From a virus: a stretch of 33,519 bases of DNA. The translations under genes were made by a program, and so were the position numbers. Where the stretch lies: IMG/VR virus record IMGVR_UViG_3300045988_174234; one strand, 5' to 3'. Under the pieces are notes generated by a model. It was not told where the DNA came from. It made no database searches and saw only the letters and a list, made by a program, of their open reading frames with translations. Positions 1-7,287 of the stretch are shown here, in pieces (positions within the stretch are counted from its first letter, which is position 1; each line of letters opens with the position of its first letter).

Positions 1-85
1 GTGAAGATTTACAATAGGTTTGTTAAAAATTGATAAGCCTATTGCCCGCAAGAACTAAAAAACACCGCAATTTATAGGTTTGTCA
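1..85. repeat. Terminal direct repeat, left copy (identical to 33435-33519)
   Basis: Bases 1-85 (gtgaagatttacaatagg...tataggtttgtca) recur exactly at 33435-33519. This is the signature of a circular or terminally redundant genome assembled end to end. Confidence 0.95.
13..43 (+). promoter_or_regulatory. Imperfect palindrome (candidate operator) overlapping the -10/+1 of the early promoter
   Basis: AATAGGTTTGTT (13-24), 7-nt spacer, GATAAGCCTATT (32-43). Arms match 9/12 as DNA; as RNA all 12 positions pair if three G-U wobbles are allowed. It starts inside the TACAAT -10 box (10-15). Confidence 0.5.
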
Positions 86-113
86 ATGCGACAAGCCTAT
101 TTTTATTTTATTT
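74..113 (+). promoter_or_regulatory. Second palindrome plus T-run in the leader of the RHH gene (operator or attenuator/terminator-like hairpin)
   Basis: ATAGGTTTGTC (74-84), loop aatgc, GACAAGCCTAT (90-100). This gives an 11-bp stem with one G-U, followed directly by ttttattttattt (101-113), then the SD aggagg and ATG at 128. Confidence 0.5.
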
Positions 114-127
114 AGGAGGTATCCACA

Positions 128-292
128 ATGACCGACAACGCAAACGTAAAACAAGAACGAGTAAGCATAACGGCATTTATCTCGAAAGATACCCGCGATA
201 AATTGTTGCGTATCGCGGAGGACGAAGATTTGACGTTTTCCGCCCTCGTTCGTCGTGCGCTTAAAGAGTACGCGGACAAAAAGGCAATTTAA
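128..292 (+). CDS. Ribbon-helix-helix (CopG/Arc-like) DNA-binding protein, 54 aa
   Basis: ATG at 128 follows ttaggaggtatccaca. Translation is MTDNANVKQERVSITAFISKDTRDKLLRIAEDEDLTFSALVRRALKEYADKKAI, a beta-strand/helix/helix RHH pattern. The ORF is below the 60-aa cutoff of the ORF track. Confidence 0.7.
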   Translation: MTDNANVKQERVSITAFISKDTRDKLLRIAEDEDLTFSALVRRALKEYADKKAI

Positions 293-310
293 TTCAAGAG
301 GAGGCACAAA

Positions 311-643
311 ATGAACAACCAAACCAAAACACAAGAGAACGTTAAAAAGGCTTTGGCAAAGCAAACGCTCGGACTTCCGTTGACCCCGCACGAACACGCG
401 CTCGTTACCCTATACGGACAATCGCCCGTACAGCAAAAAGAAAATAAACCCGAATTTGTCGAAAAGTATCTAAAACCCCTCGTTGTTGCGTTGGGCGTCG
501 GCGTTGTAAACGTCGTCTATCGAAAAACAAGCGAACACGACGAAATCGTAACACTTATTTACGAAAACGGTTTTACCACCGACAAGGACGTTTCGGCAGA
601 CTCGCTTTCCGCCTTAACGTGCGACACGATAAAAGGACTTTGA
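311..643 (+). CDS. Hypothetical protein
   Basis: 110-aa ORF with SD aagaggagg 6-8 nt upstream of the ATG. No recognisable motif. Confidence 0.6.
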   Translation: MNNQTKTQENVKKALAKQTLGLPLTPHEHALVTLYGQSPVQQKENKPEFVEKYLKPLVVALGVGVVNVVYRKTSEHDEIVTLIYENGFTTDKDVSADSLSALTCDTIKGL

Positions 644-655
644 GGGGCGGCGGAT

Positions 656-1174
656 ATGAAAAGCATTGTAACAAAACTTGCTATCTATAAAAAAGATCCG
701 CGCTTTGATTATTGCCCCACGCCCTATTATTGCGAAGGGCATTTCGTCGGCGGCGGGCAATTTTGCTCTTATTGCGGTATAACGGAAACGCAAGCGCAAG
801 AAAAGGAAATCGAAAATACATTTATCGGCGACGACGCAATGCGCGAATATTGGACGATTAAGTTTAACAACTTGCAAGAGCAAGATCGAAAACTCATTTT
901 GTCGGCGTTCCCCGATATTGAAAGCAAAGACAAAATAACACTCAAAGACCCGCAAGAACTTTACGCAATAGCGTTTCGCAAAGTGTTACGCCGTTTTGCG
1001 GTGGTTTGTCCGCGGTGCGGTGGTTGCGGTAATTATTCAACCGCGGTTGCCTATACAAGGGTTGACGACGGAATTTGCCACAAATGCAACGGGCGCGGAA
1101 AAGTTTTACCGCGTTTAACCGTGAAAAAACTCGAAGAAATTAAAAACTATTTCAAATCGGAGGCGAAAAAATGA
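656..1174 (+). CDS. Zinc-finger protein (CxxC clusters, DnaJ-like CxxCxGxG)
   Basis: 172-aa ORF. C-terminal CPRCGGCGNY...CHKCNGRGKV and N-terminal C..C...CSYCG motifs. Confidence 0.6.
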   Translation: MKSIVTKLAIYKKDPRFDYCPTPYYCEGHFVGGGQFCSYCGITETQAQEKEIENTFIGDDAMREYWTIKFNNLQEQDRKLILSAFPDIESKDKITLKDPQELYAIAFRKVLRRFAVVCPRCGGCGNYSTAVAYTRVDDGICHKCNGRGKVLPRLTVKKLEEIKNYFKSEAKK

Positions 1175-1335
1175 TACTTAACGTTGTTTTATTTTTACTT
1201 ATTATTGTTTTAACGGTGGCGGTCGCCTTGTGGTTTACGATTGACTATAAGCGCGCAAAAGCGGGCAAAAAGTCTTTTCTATGGGAACGCAAAAGCGACG
1301 CCCACCCCGACCGCGATACACAAACGAAAGATTAA
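1171..1335 (+). CDS. Small single-pass membrane protein, 54 aa
   Basis: ATG at 1171 overlaps the upstream stop codon (atga). Translation is MILNVVLFLLIIVLTVAVALWFTIDYKRAKAGKK..., a hydrophobic helix followed by a basic tail. Ends at TAA 1333-1335. Confidence 0.45.
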   Translation: MILNVVLFLLIIVLTVAVALWFTIDYKRAKAGKKSFLWERKSDAHPDRDTQTKD

Positions 1336-1346
1336 GGAGGGGCGCA

Positions 1347-2111
1347 ATGAAAAAATTAACCGTTGCTTGGCTTTCGGCGGGCGTTTCGTCATTTATCGCC
1401 GCTTACTTGATACGCGACGAAATCGACGAGTTTTACTACATAGACATTGACGATCAGCACCCCGACAGTATGCGTTTTATAAAAGATTGCGAAACCGCAC
1501 TCGGACGTCCGATTAAAATATTGAAATCGAATTACGGGAGCGTCGAAAACGCGATACTTGCGCAAGGTTGTATAAGAATAGTAAAAACGGGCTTTGCACC
1601 TTGTACGGCTTATCTTAAACGTCGGGTACGCAAAGAGCAATTCGAGTTGTTACACCAAAACGACGAAATAACGTACGTTTGGGGGTTTGACAGCACAAAG
1701 CACGAACAAAACCGCGCCGACCGTATCGTCGAGGCAATGCCGCAATATAACCACCGTTTCCCGCTTATCGAACAAGGACTCACAAAACAAGACGCTCACG
1801 CGGTTTTACGGCGATTAAACATACGCCGCCCCGCTATGTACGATCTCGGTTATCAAAACAATAATTGCGTCGGTTGCGTGAAGGGCGGTATGGGCTATTG
1901 GAATAAAATACGTCAAGACTTCCCCGACGTTTTCAAAGCCCGCGCGGAATTGGAAAGAAAACTCAACTCGTCTTGTTTGAAAGAGTGTTTTCTCGACGAA
2001 CTCGCACCCGATCGCGGTAAGGCGGATAACGAAATTTTGGAAGATTGCGGCATATTTTGCGAAATAGCCGCAAGAAAAATCGAGGAGGCGGCGGACAATG
2101 GCGGAAATTAA
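1347..2111 (+). CDS. PAPS-reductase-like / PP-loop adenine-nucleotide alpha-hydrolase family protein
   Basis: ATG at 1347 follows aaggagggg. N-terminal VAWLSAGVSS matches the PP-loop position. The pattern C..YLK, then WGFDSTKHEQNRADRI, then PLIEQGLTKQDAHAVLRRLNIRRPAMYDLGYQNNNCVGC resembles phage PAPS reductase family proteins. Confidence 0.55.
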   Translation: MKKLTVAWLSAGVSSFIAAYLIRDEIDEFYYIDIDDQHPDSMRFIKDCETALGRPIKILKSNYGSVENAILAQGCIRIVKTGFAPCTAYLKRRVRKEQFELLHQNDEITYVWGFDSTKHEQNRADRIVEAMPQYNHRFPLIEQGLTKQDAHAVLRRLNIRRPAMYDLGYQNNNCVGCVKGGMGYWNKIRQDFPDVFKARAELERKLNSSCLKECFLDELAPDRGKADNEILEDCGIFCEIAARKIEEAADNGGN

Positions 2112-2385
2112 AATTACAAAATGTAAAAGTTGCGGAGCGTCCATAACGTGGATAAAAACGAAAAACGGGCGCGTAATGCCTTGCGACGTTCCCGCGGTGG
2201 ACTATCAAGAGAATTACAAAGGAACGGACACCGTCGTTACGGACGACGGGCGCGTATTGCGTGTAATGGTATTCAAAAACCCGTCGCCGTCGGGCTTGCA
2301 ACCTATAATCGACGGCAAAGGTTATATATCGCATTTCGCAACTTGCCCGTATGCAAACAAGTATCGGAGGCGCGACAATGATTAA
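2098..2385 (+). CDS. Hypothetical zinc-ribbon protein
   Basis: 95-aa ORF with SD gaggagg. Contains CKSC near the N terminus. Confidence 0.55.
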   Translation: MAEIKITKCKSCGASITWIKTKNGRVMPCDVPAVDYQENYKGTDTVVTDDGRVLRVMVFKNPSPSGLQPIIDGKGYISHFATCPYANKYRRRDND

Positions 2386-2818
2386 CGACGCTATGTTTTC
2401 AAGCAATACGAACGAATGGGCGACTCCGCAAGCCTTTTTCGACGAACTCAACAAAGAATTTGACTTCACGCTCGATCCGTGCGCAACGCCGCAAAACGCA
2501 AAATGCGCCCGCTACTTTACAAAGGAAATTGACGGACTCGCGCAAAGTTGGCGCGGCGAAGTTGTTTTTTGTAATCCGCCGTACGGTCGGGATATTTCAA
2601 AGTGGGTCGCAAAGGCTTATGCCGAAACCCTATCGGGTGGGGCAAAACTTGTTGTTTTGCTTATACCCGCCCGAACGGATACGGCGTACTTCCACGACTA
2701 CATATACAAAAAGCACGAAATACGTTTCGTCCGCGGACGCTTACACTTCAACGAAAGCAAATGCGGCGCGCCGTTTCCGTCAATGGTTGTCGTAATGCGA
2801 GGTCGCAATGACGATTGA
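2378..2818 (+). CDS. Phage N6-adenine DNA methyltransferase (Dam-like small family)
   Basis: ATG at 2378 follows tcggagg. Contains MFSSNTNEWATPQAFFDELNKEFDFTLDPCA and the catalytic NPPY (VVFCNPPYGR). Confidence 0.8.
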   Translation: MINDAMFSSNTNEWATPQAFFDELNKEFDFTLDPCATPQNAKCARYFTKEIDGLAQSWRGEVVFCNPPYGRDISKWVAKAYAETLSGGAKLVVLLIPARTDTAYFHDYIYKKHEIRFVRGRLHFNESKCGAPFPSMVVVMRGRNDD

Positions 2819-3523
2819 CCGAAACCGTATCTACAATATGGATTGCCTCGACGGTATCCGCGATATGTTACGGGGGGGGTACGCGTTGATTGCGTGATTA
2901 CCGACCCGCCCTACCTTATCAACTACCAAACCCACCGACGGCAAGATAAAGATCATAAGTTTTGCAAGGCTATACAAAACGACGACAACCCGCAACTCAT
3001 AATCGACCTTGTACCGCTATTGTACGACGTAATGAAAGACAATACCCCGCTTTATATGTTTTGCGGGAGCGATAAAGTCGATTTTTTCAAACAAGAAGTC
3101 GAAAAGTGTTTTACCGTCAAAAACCTTATTGTATGGGATAAAGGCAACCACACCGCGGGCGATCTTGGCGCGCAATACGGCAAACGTTACGAGTTTATCA
3201 TTTATGCAAACAAAGGACGCGCCCCGTTTCAACCCGATATGCCGCGGTTGGAGGATATATGGCACTTTCCAAAGGTGGCGGGAAAAGAACAAATACACCA
3301 AAACCAAAAACCGACAAATCTTTTGTCGCAAATTATCAATCAACACACCAAAGAAGGCGATTTGATACTCGACCCGTTCGCGGGTAGTTGCTCGACGGCG
3401 GTTGCCGCCTATCGCCTAAAACGCGATTATATCGGCTTTGAAATTGATCCCGTCGAATACGCGGCGGGTACAAAATGGCTCGACGCCGTACGGTCGCAAA
3501 TGTCAATATTTGATTTTATGTAA
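2808..3523 (+). CDS. N4/N6 DNA methyltransferase (DPPY, ParB-less PF01555-like), reading frame broken at a G8 tract
   Basis: ATG at 2808 gives MTIDRNRIYNMDCLDGIRDMLRGG and then stops at 2895-2897. The main ORF (2843-3523, VRVDCVITDPPY...QNQKPTNLL...DPFAGSCST) is in the other frame. The two frames join only if G8 (2872-2879) becomes G9 or G6. Confidence 0.8.
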
Positions 3524-3538
3524 AGGAGCAAAAGCAAT

Positions 3539-4141
3539 ATGGAAACAAAAATGTTTTACGACGCCCCGCGATCAATATCTATCGGCGATATTTTCTACGT
3601 TATAGACACGCGCGAAAGAAACGACTTCTCGTCGCCTTGCCGTGTATGCAATGACGAGAAAAAACTAACGGTAAACGGGATAACTTTTGATTGCCCCGTT
3701 TGCGGCGGCTATCGCCCCCGCGAAACGGTCGTCAGCGTGCAACATTTTACCGTTGCAACGGTTAAAGTGTACGTTATCAAACAAGAAGTATCTACGGATT
3801 ATTGGACGATACAAAACTATCGTGATTTACATTTTCGAGTATTTCGCAAACGCGGACACGGATACAACGGCGACGGCAATAATTTTACTCGCGATTTTAC
3901 GTCGAACAACATAAAAAACGACCTAAACGTACTCCCCGACGAAAAGTTTTTGCAAATATATTCGCAAGACGGATATTTTGCCCGTAATTGCGAGCGTTTT
4001 ATTTTTGACGATTATAAACTTGCTTGTCGGGCGGCGGAAATCCTAAACGAAAGCGAACTCGCAAGACTCAACAAATACAACGCCGAACACGGCACGTCGT
4101 TTGTGCCGATATGGGATAAAACAAGCGATCCGAAGAATTAA
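3539..4141 (+). CDS. Hypothetical protein with CxxC...CxxC zinc ribbon
   Basis: 200-aa ORF with SD aaaggag. Contains CRVCNDEKKLTVNGITFDCPVCGG. Confidence 0.6.
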   Translation: METKMFYDAPRSISIGDIFYVIDTRERNDFSSPCRVCNDEKKLTVNGITFDCPVCGGYRPRETVVSVQHFTVATVKVYVIKQEVSTDYWTIQNYRDLHFRVFRKRGHGYNGDGNNFTRDFTSNNIKNDLNVLPDEKFLQIYSQDGYFARNCERFIFDDYKLACRAAEILNESELARLNKYNAEHGTSFVPIWDKTSDPKN

Positions 4142-4292
4142 CGGGCGGCGGTTATGACGAAAACAAACAAAGAAAGTAAATATATCGTCGCCTGTCAAAA
4201 TTGTATGTTGCCCGTAAGTAAATGCAAGGGCGATTGCACGCGAAAACAAATCTTAAAAAATGCCGCAAATGCGGACAAAACGGAGGTTAAAA

Positions 4293-4739
4293 ATGGAAAA
4301 CACAAAGCACCTTAACGGTTATATCGAAGAAAAAGACGACACGTTTTACCCGACTTGTCGTTTTTGCGGCAAACAAACATTGCCCGACGCGCCGTATTTA
4401 AGTCAAGACGAGGCAAACGAGGCGGCAACGATACGTTGCGATTGTTTCGAGGCACGGGAATATCAAGAAAAATTACGCAAAGAAAAGGAACGCGCCGACA
4501 ATATCATAAAACTTCGTCAAAGACTCGACGATTTTTCGGAATATAGCGCGTCGCGCGGGGTTGAACTCACGGGCGAGTTGCACGACTTATTGTTAAACGT
4601 CGGTATTGCAATTATCGACGGTCAAATACTGAAGGCAAATATCAATGTCGGACGTATCAAAGTAAGTATATCGAGCAACTCGAAAAGTGTACTTACAATT
4701 TGCTTTACCTATTCCGACGGCGCAAAGTTGGAGGTTTAA
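4293..4739 (+). CDS. Hypothetical protein
   Basis: ATG at 4293 follows acggagg (MENTKHLNGY...). The ORF track's 4260 start has no SD. Confidence 0.55.
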   Translation: MENTKHLNGYIEEKDDTFYPTCRFCGKQTLPDAPYLSQDEANEAATIRCDCFEAREYQEKLRKEKERADNIIKLRQRLDDFSEYSASRGVELTGELHDLLLNVGIAIIDGQILKANINVGRIKVSISSNSKSVLTICFTYSDGAKLEV

Positions 4740-4741
4740 GA

Positions 4742-5257
4742 ATGAAAGACAAAACGCCGAAAATAATTGCCGTCGATTTTGACGGCACGTTGTGTACGAA
4801 CGCATACCCCGAAATCGGCGAGCCGATCCCCTATTCATTATTATATGTTACGCGCGCGAAGGCGGCGGGTCATATTATCACGTTGCACACTTGCCGACAA
4901 GGCAAATCCCTTGACGACGCGATCGCTTGGTGTAAAGCCCGCGGAATAACGTTTGATTACATAAACGAAAACGTACCCGCAAACATAAAGCGTTTCGGCG
5001 GCGATACGCGAAAGATATACGCCGACGTATATTTCGACGCAAACTCGTTAAACCCGCTCCGTACTTTCGGTATCGGCGATAACGACGAAAACGCCGAGTT
5101 ATTCGACCGTGCGGAAGAATTGACCGAAAAGGCATTATGCAACGTTGCTTGCCTTTGTCCGCAATGGAAGGCGGCGGGTATGTGTTGCGAGTGCGACGTC
5201 TTTTATTCGTTACGCGACTACCACGCCGAACAACTCGCAAACAATAAGGAAAAATAA
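4742..5257 (+). CDS. HAD-superfamily hydrolase/phosphatase-like protein
   Basis: ATG at 4742 follows ggagg. Contains IIAVDFDGTL (HAD motif I DxDGT). Confidence 0.6.
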   Translation: MKDKTPKIIAVDFDGTLCTNAYPEIGEPIPYSLLYVTRAKAAGHIITLHTCRQGKSLDDAIAWCKARGITFDYINENVPANIKRFGGDTRKIYADVYFDANSLNPLRTFGIGDNDENAELFDRAEELTEKALCNVACLCPQWKAAGMCCECDVFYSLRDYHAEQLANNKEK

Positions 5258-5266
5258 ACCTATCCG

Positions 5267-5337
5267 AGGGCGGCGTTTTCACAACATAAAAACGCGGTTA
5301 CTCCTTACGCGTCGGGGATTGCCGCCCTTCCCCTTTT
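5267..5337 (+). terminator. Candidate branched terminator hairpin plus T5
   Basis: agggcggc (5267-5274) pairs with gccgccct (5321-5328). There is an inner acgcg/cgcgt hairpin. The structure is followed by tcccctttttat. Confidence 0.35.
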
Positions 5338-5352
5338 TATCGGAGGTACAAA

Positions 5353-5862
5353 ATGTCAAGATATAAAAAAATAATGTTACAACGCGGCGTAATGCAAAAG
5401 GACGTTTTAGCGGACGTAAGAAAGTTTGAACCGCGCGTCGATAACCCGTTGTTGAGTAAGTTTGTAAACGACGTTTGTTTACCGTCGCCGCGCACGCTCG
5501 AAAGTATTTGCAAATCGCTTTCGTGCGCCCCGCTCGATATTTACGACCCGCGCGAAATAGAACTTGCGCCCCGTTCCGACTCCGACGTCGAAAAAGCCGC
5601 CACAACGGGCGGCGGACAATCCACCACCGCGGGAGCGGTCAAGAAACGCGCCCGTCGGCGTGATAAAAACTTATATAACCTTACCGTCGAAATACCGCGC
5701 GACGTCGCCGAGCGTGTATTTGCGCCCGCCGCGTTACGCAAATTAGGATATTTGAGCAAATCGGACTTTGTCCGTCAAGCGGTGGCGGCTCTCGACGCGA
5801 AATTATCCACAATAGAAAGCAAAGAAAAAACCGCCGACGCGGGAACGTCGGACGGCGAATAA
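5353..5862 (+). CDS. Putative DNA-binding regulator (N-terminal HTH-like, C-terminal RHH-like)
   Basis: SD ggaggtacaaa precedes the ATG. N-terminal ...MLQRGVMQKDVLADV... ...LESICKSLSCAPLDIY is XRE-like. C-terminal NLTVEIPRDVAERV...SKSDFVRQAVAAL is RHH-like. Confidence 0.5.
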   Translation: MSRYKKIMLQRGVMQKDVLADVRKFEPRVDNPLLSKFVNDVCLPSPRTLESICKSLSCAPLDIYDPREIELAPRSDSDVEKAATTGGGQSTTAGAVKKRARRRDKNLYNLTVEIPRDVAERVFAPAALRKLGYLSKSDFVRQAVAALDAKLSTIESKEKTADAGTSDGE

Positions 5863-5964
5863 CAACCGTTGCGAAATTGCAACAATATTTAGACAAAGGA
5901 TCGGGCGGTGAAATTGGCACTTCCGACCGCCCGCAAGGTTTGACAAAATCTCGTCAACCAAACC
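5824..5964 (-). ncRNA. Candidate ~140-nt non-coding/antisense RNA
   Basis: Bounded by a consensus minus-strand promoter (5971-5999) and a minus-strand intrinsic terminator (hairpin 5831-5857 plus T6 = A-run 5825-5830). It has no SD or ATG inside. It contains an internal cgggcggt/accgcccg hairpin. Its 3' end overlaps the last codons of CDS 5353-5862. Confidence 0.5.
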
Positions 5965-5970
5965 GATATT

Positions 5971-5999
5971 ATTATACCATATCGGAGGTATTATGTCAA
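5971..5999 (-). promoter_or_regulatory. Consensus sigma70/sigmaA promoter on the minus strand
   Basis: The reverse complement reads TTGACA-taatacctccgatatgg(17)-TATAAT, with TGg upstream of the -10 (extended -10). Confidence 0.65.
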
Positions 6000-6355
6000 C
6001 ACTTTGCACGGCTTGTACGGTGCTGTTAGCGTCCTCGTAATGAAGTATTATCTTATCGACGAGAAAATACTCGGTAATTAAGTTTTGTGTTTTATTCCCT
6101 TTCGCCTTGACCGTAAAAAACCACGGCGGCAAGCAAAGTCAAGCGCGGCGAATTTTCGCAAGAAAATTTTTTGCGCAAGCAAAACGATTGACTTTATAGG
6201 CTTGACGTTGTGGTACGGTCAAAGGCAAGCGAAAGGGATAAACGCAAAACGTATTACGAGGAACACCCGAAAGCACCGCCCCGTATTTTTCAAAGAGAAC
6301 AACGAACAAAGCGAATTTCCGCCCCGTGTTGTATTCCTTTGAGCCTTGCGGGGTT

Positions 6356-6395
6356 GCAAGGGGCAAGACCCCTTGCGTCCTTTGTCTTTTTCTTT
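6356..6395 (+). promoter_or_regulatory. GC hairpin plus T-rich tail upstream of rep (terminator/attenuator or origin element)
   Basis: gcaagggg (6356-6363), loop caaga, ccccttgc (6369-6376), followed by gtcctttgtctttttcttt. An upstream ccttgc (6344-6349) can pair alternatively with gcaagg (6356-6361). Confidence 0.45.
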
Positions 6396-6415
6396 ACGAT
6401 TATAACGGAGGCACT

Positions 6416-7273
6416 ATGGCAAGGCACTACACTCTACCGCACACCGAATACGACTACGACGAAATATTTAATCAACAAGAAGAAAACGAGGCACAACTAC
6501 AATTACTCAACGACCCGCATATCGTCAAATATCGGACAAAGACAATCAAAAGCGGCAATTTCCTTGAAGTCGAGGTTTATCCGATTTGGGATACCCGCTC
6601 GGCAACGGCACGGGCGCGTCGAACGAAAGAAAGCCGCGAGGCGCAAAAACGACTCAATTACAAGAACGCAACGAAAAACGTTATACGCCTTATAAACGCA
6701 AACTTTACCGACTCGGATTTTTGGGGAACGTTTACATACGAAAGCCGCAAACTTCCGAAATCGCTACCCGACGCGCAAAAAGAAATGTCAAAGTTTATTC
6801 GACGCTTAAAGTATTACGCCGAAAAACACGACTTCCCGCCGCTAAAATACATTTACGTTACGGAATTTGAAAACGACGAAGAAAAAGGCAAACACCGCGT
6901 ACACCACCACGTCGTAACAAACTTCCTCGATCGCGACGTAATGGAGGATTTGTGGCGAAACGGCGGTCGAAACAATACGCGTCGTCTTGTGGCGGACGAT
7001 AGCGGGTACGAAGGTTTGGCACGGTACATAATGAAAGACCCGAAAGGCGCAAAACGGTATGTTGCGTCAAAGAACTTGAAAAAACCGCAAATCACGGTTG
7101 CCGATTGCAAATTCACTCGCCGCAAGGTCAATCGCCTTTATCGAGAAACGGCAAACCGTAAAGCCGTCTTTGAAAACCTTTACAAGGGCTATCAAATGAC
7201 GCAATTTTACGGCAAAACGAGCGAGTATGTTTCGGGCGCGTATTTGTACGTCAAAATGAAAAAACGAAATTGA
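6416..7273 (+). CDS. HUH-superfamily rolling-circle replication initiator (Rep)-like protein
   Basis: ATG at 6416 follows acggagg. Motif I-like FWGTFTYES, HUH motif KHRVHHHVVTN, and Tyr motif EGLARYIMKD. Confidence 0.65.
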   Translation: MARHYTLPHTEYDYDEIFNQQEENEAQLQLLNDPHIVKYRTKTIKSGNFLEVEVYPIWDTRSATARARRTKESREAQKRLNYKNATKNVIRLINANFTDSDFWGTFTYESRKLPKSLPDAQKEMSKFIRRLKYYAEKHDFPPLKYIYVTEFENDEEKGKHRVHHHVVTNFLDRDVMEDLWRNGGRNNTRRLVADDSGYEGLARYIMKDPKGAKRYVASKNLKKPQITVADCKFTRRKVNRLYRETANRKAVFENLYKGYQMTQFYGKTSEYVSGAYLYVKMKKRN

Positions 7274-7287
7274 AACGGAGGTACAAC

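Noticed and set aside
2843-2845. TTG at 2843 as the true start of the DPPY methyltransferase
   Set aside because: It has no SD. The conserved MTase N terminus is encoded upstream in another frame starting from ATG 2808, so a frameshift at the G8 tract explains the data better.
4154-4315. 53-codon ORF filling the 4142-4292 gap (MTKTNKESKYIVACQNCMLPVSKCKGDC...)
   Set aside because: It has a weak SD (ggcgg) and overlaps the next gene by 23 nt. It could be real, given the Cys-rich peptide in an otherwise empty 150-nt gap, but the support is not enough to call it.
5803-6132. 109-aa minus-strand ORF in the non-coding gap upstream of rep
   Set aside because: It has a TTG start with no SD. It begins upstream of, and reads through, the consensus minus-strand promoter and terminator, and it overlaps the 3' end of CDS 5353-5862. 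It was the only ORF in the gap and was judged spurious, but it is worth a homology check.
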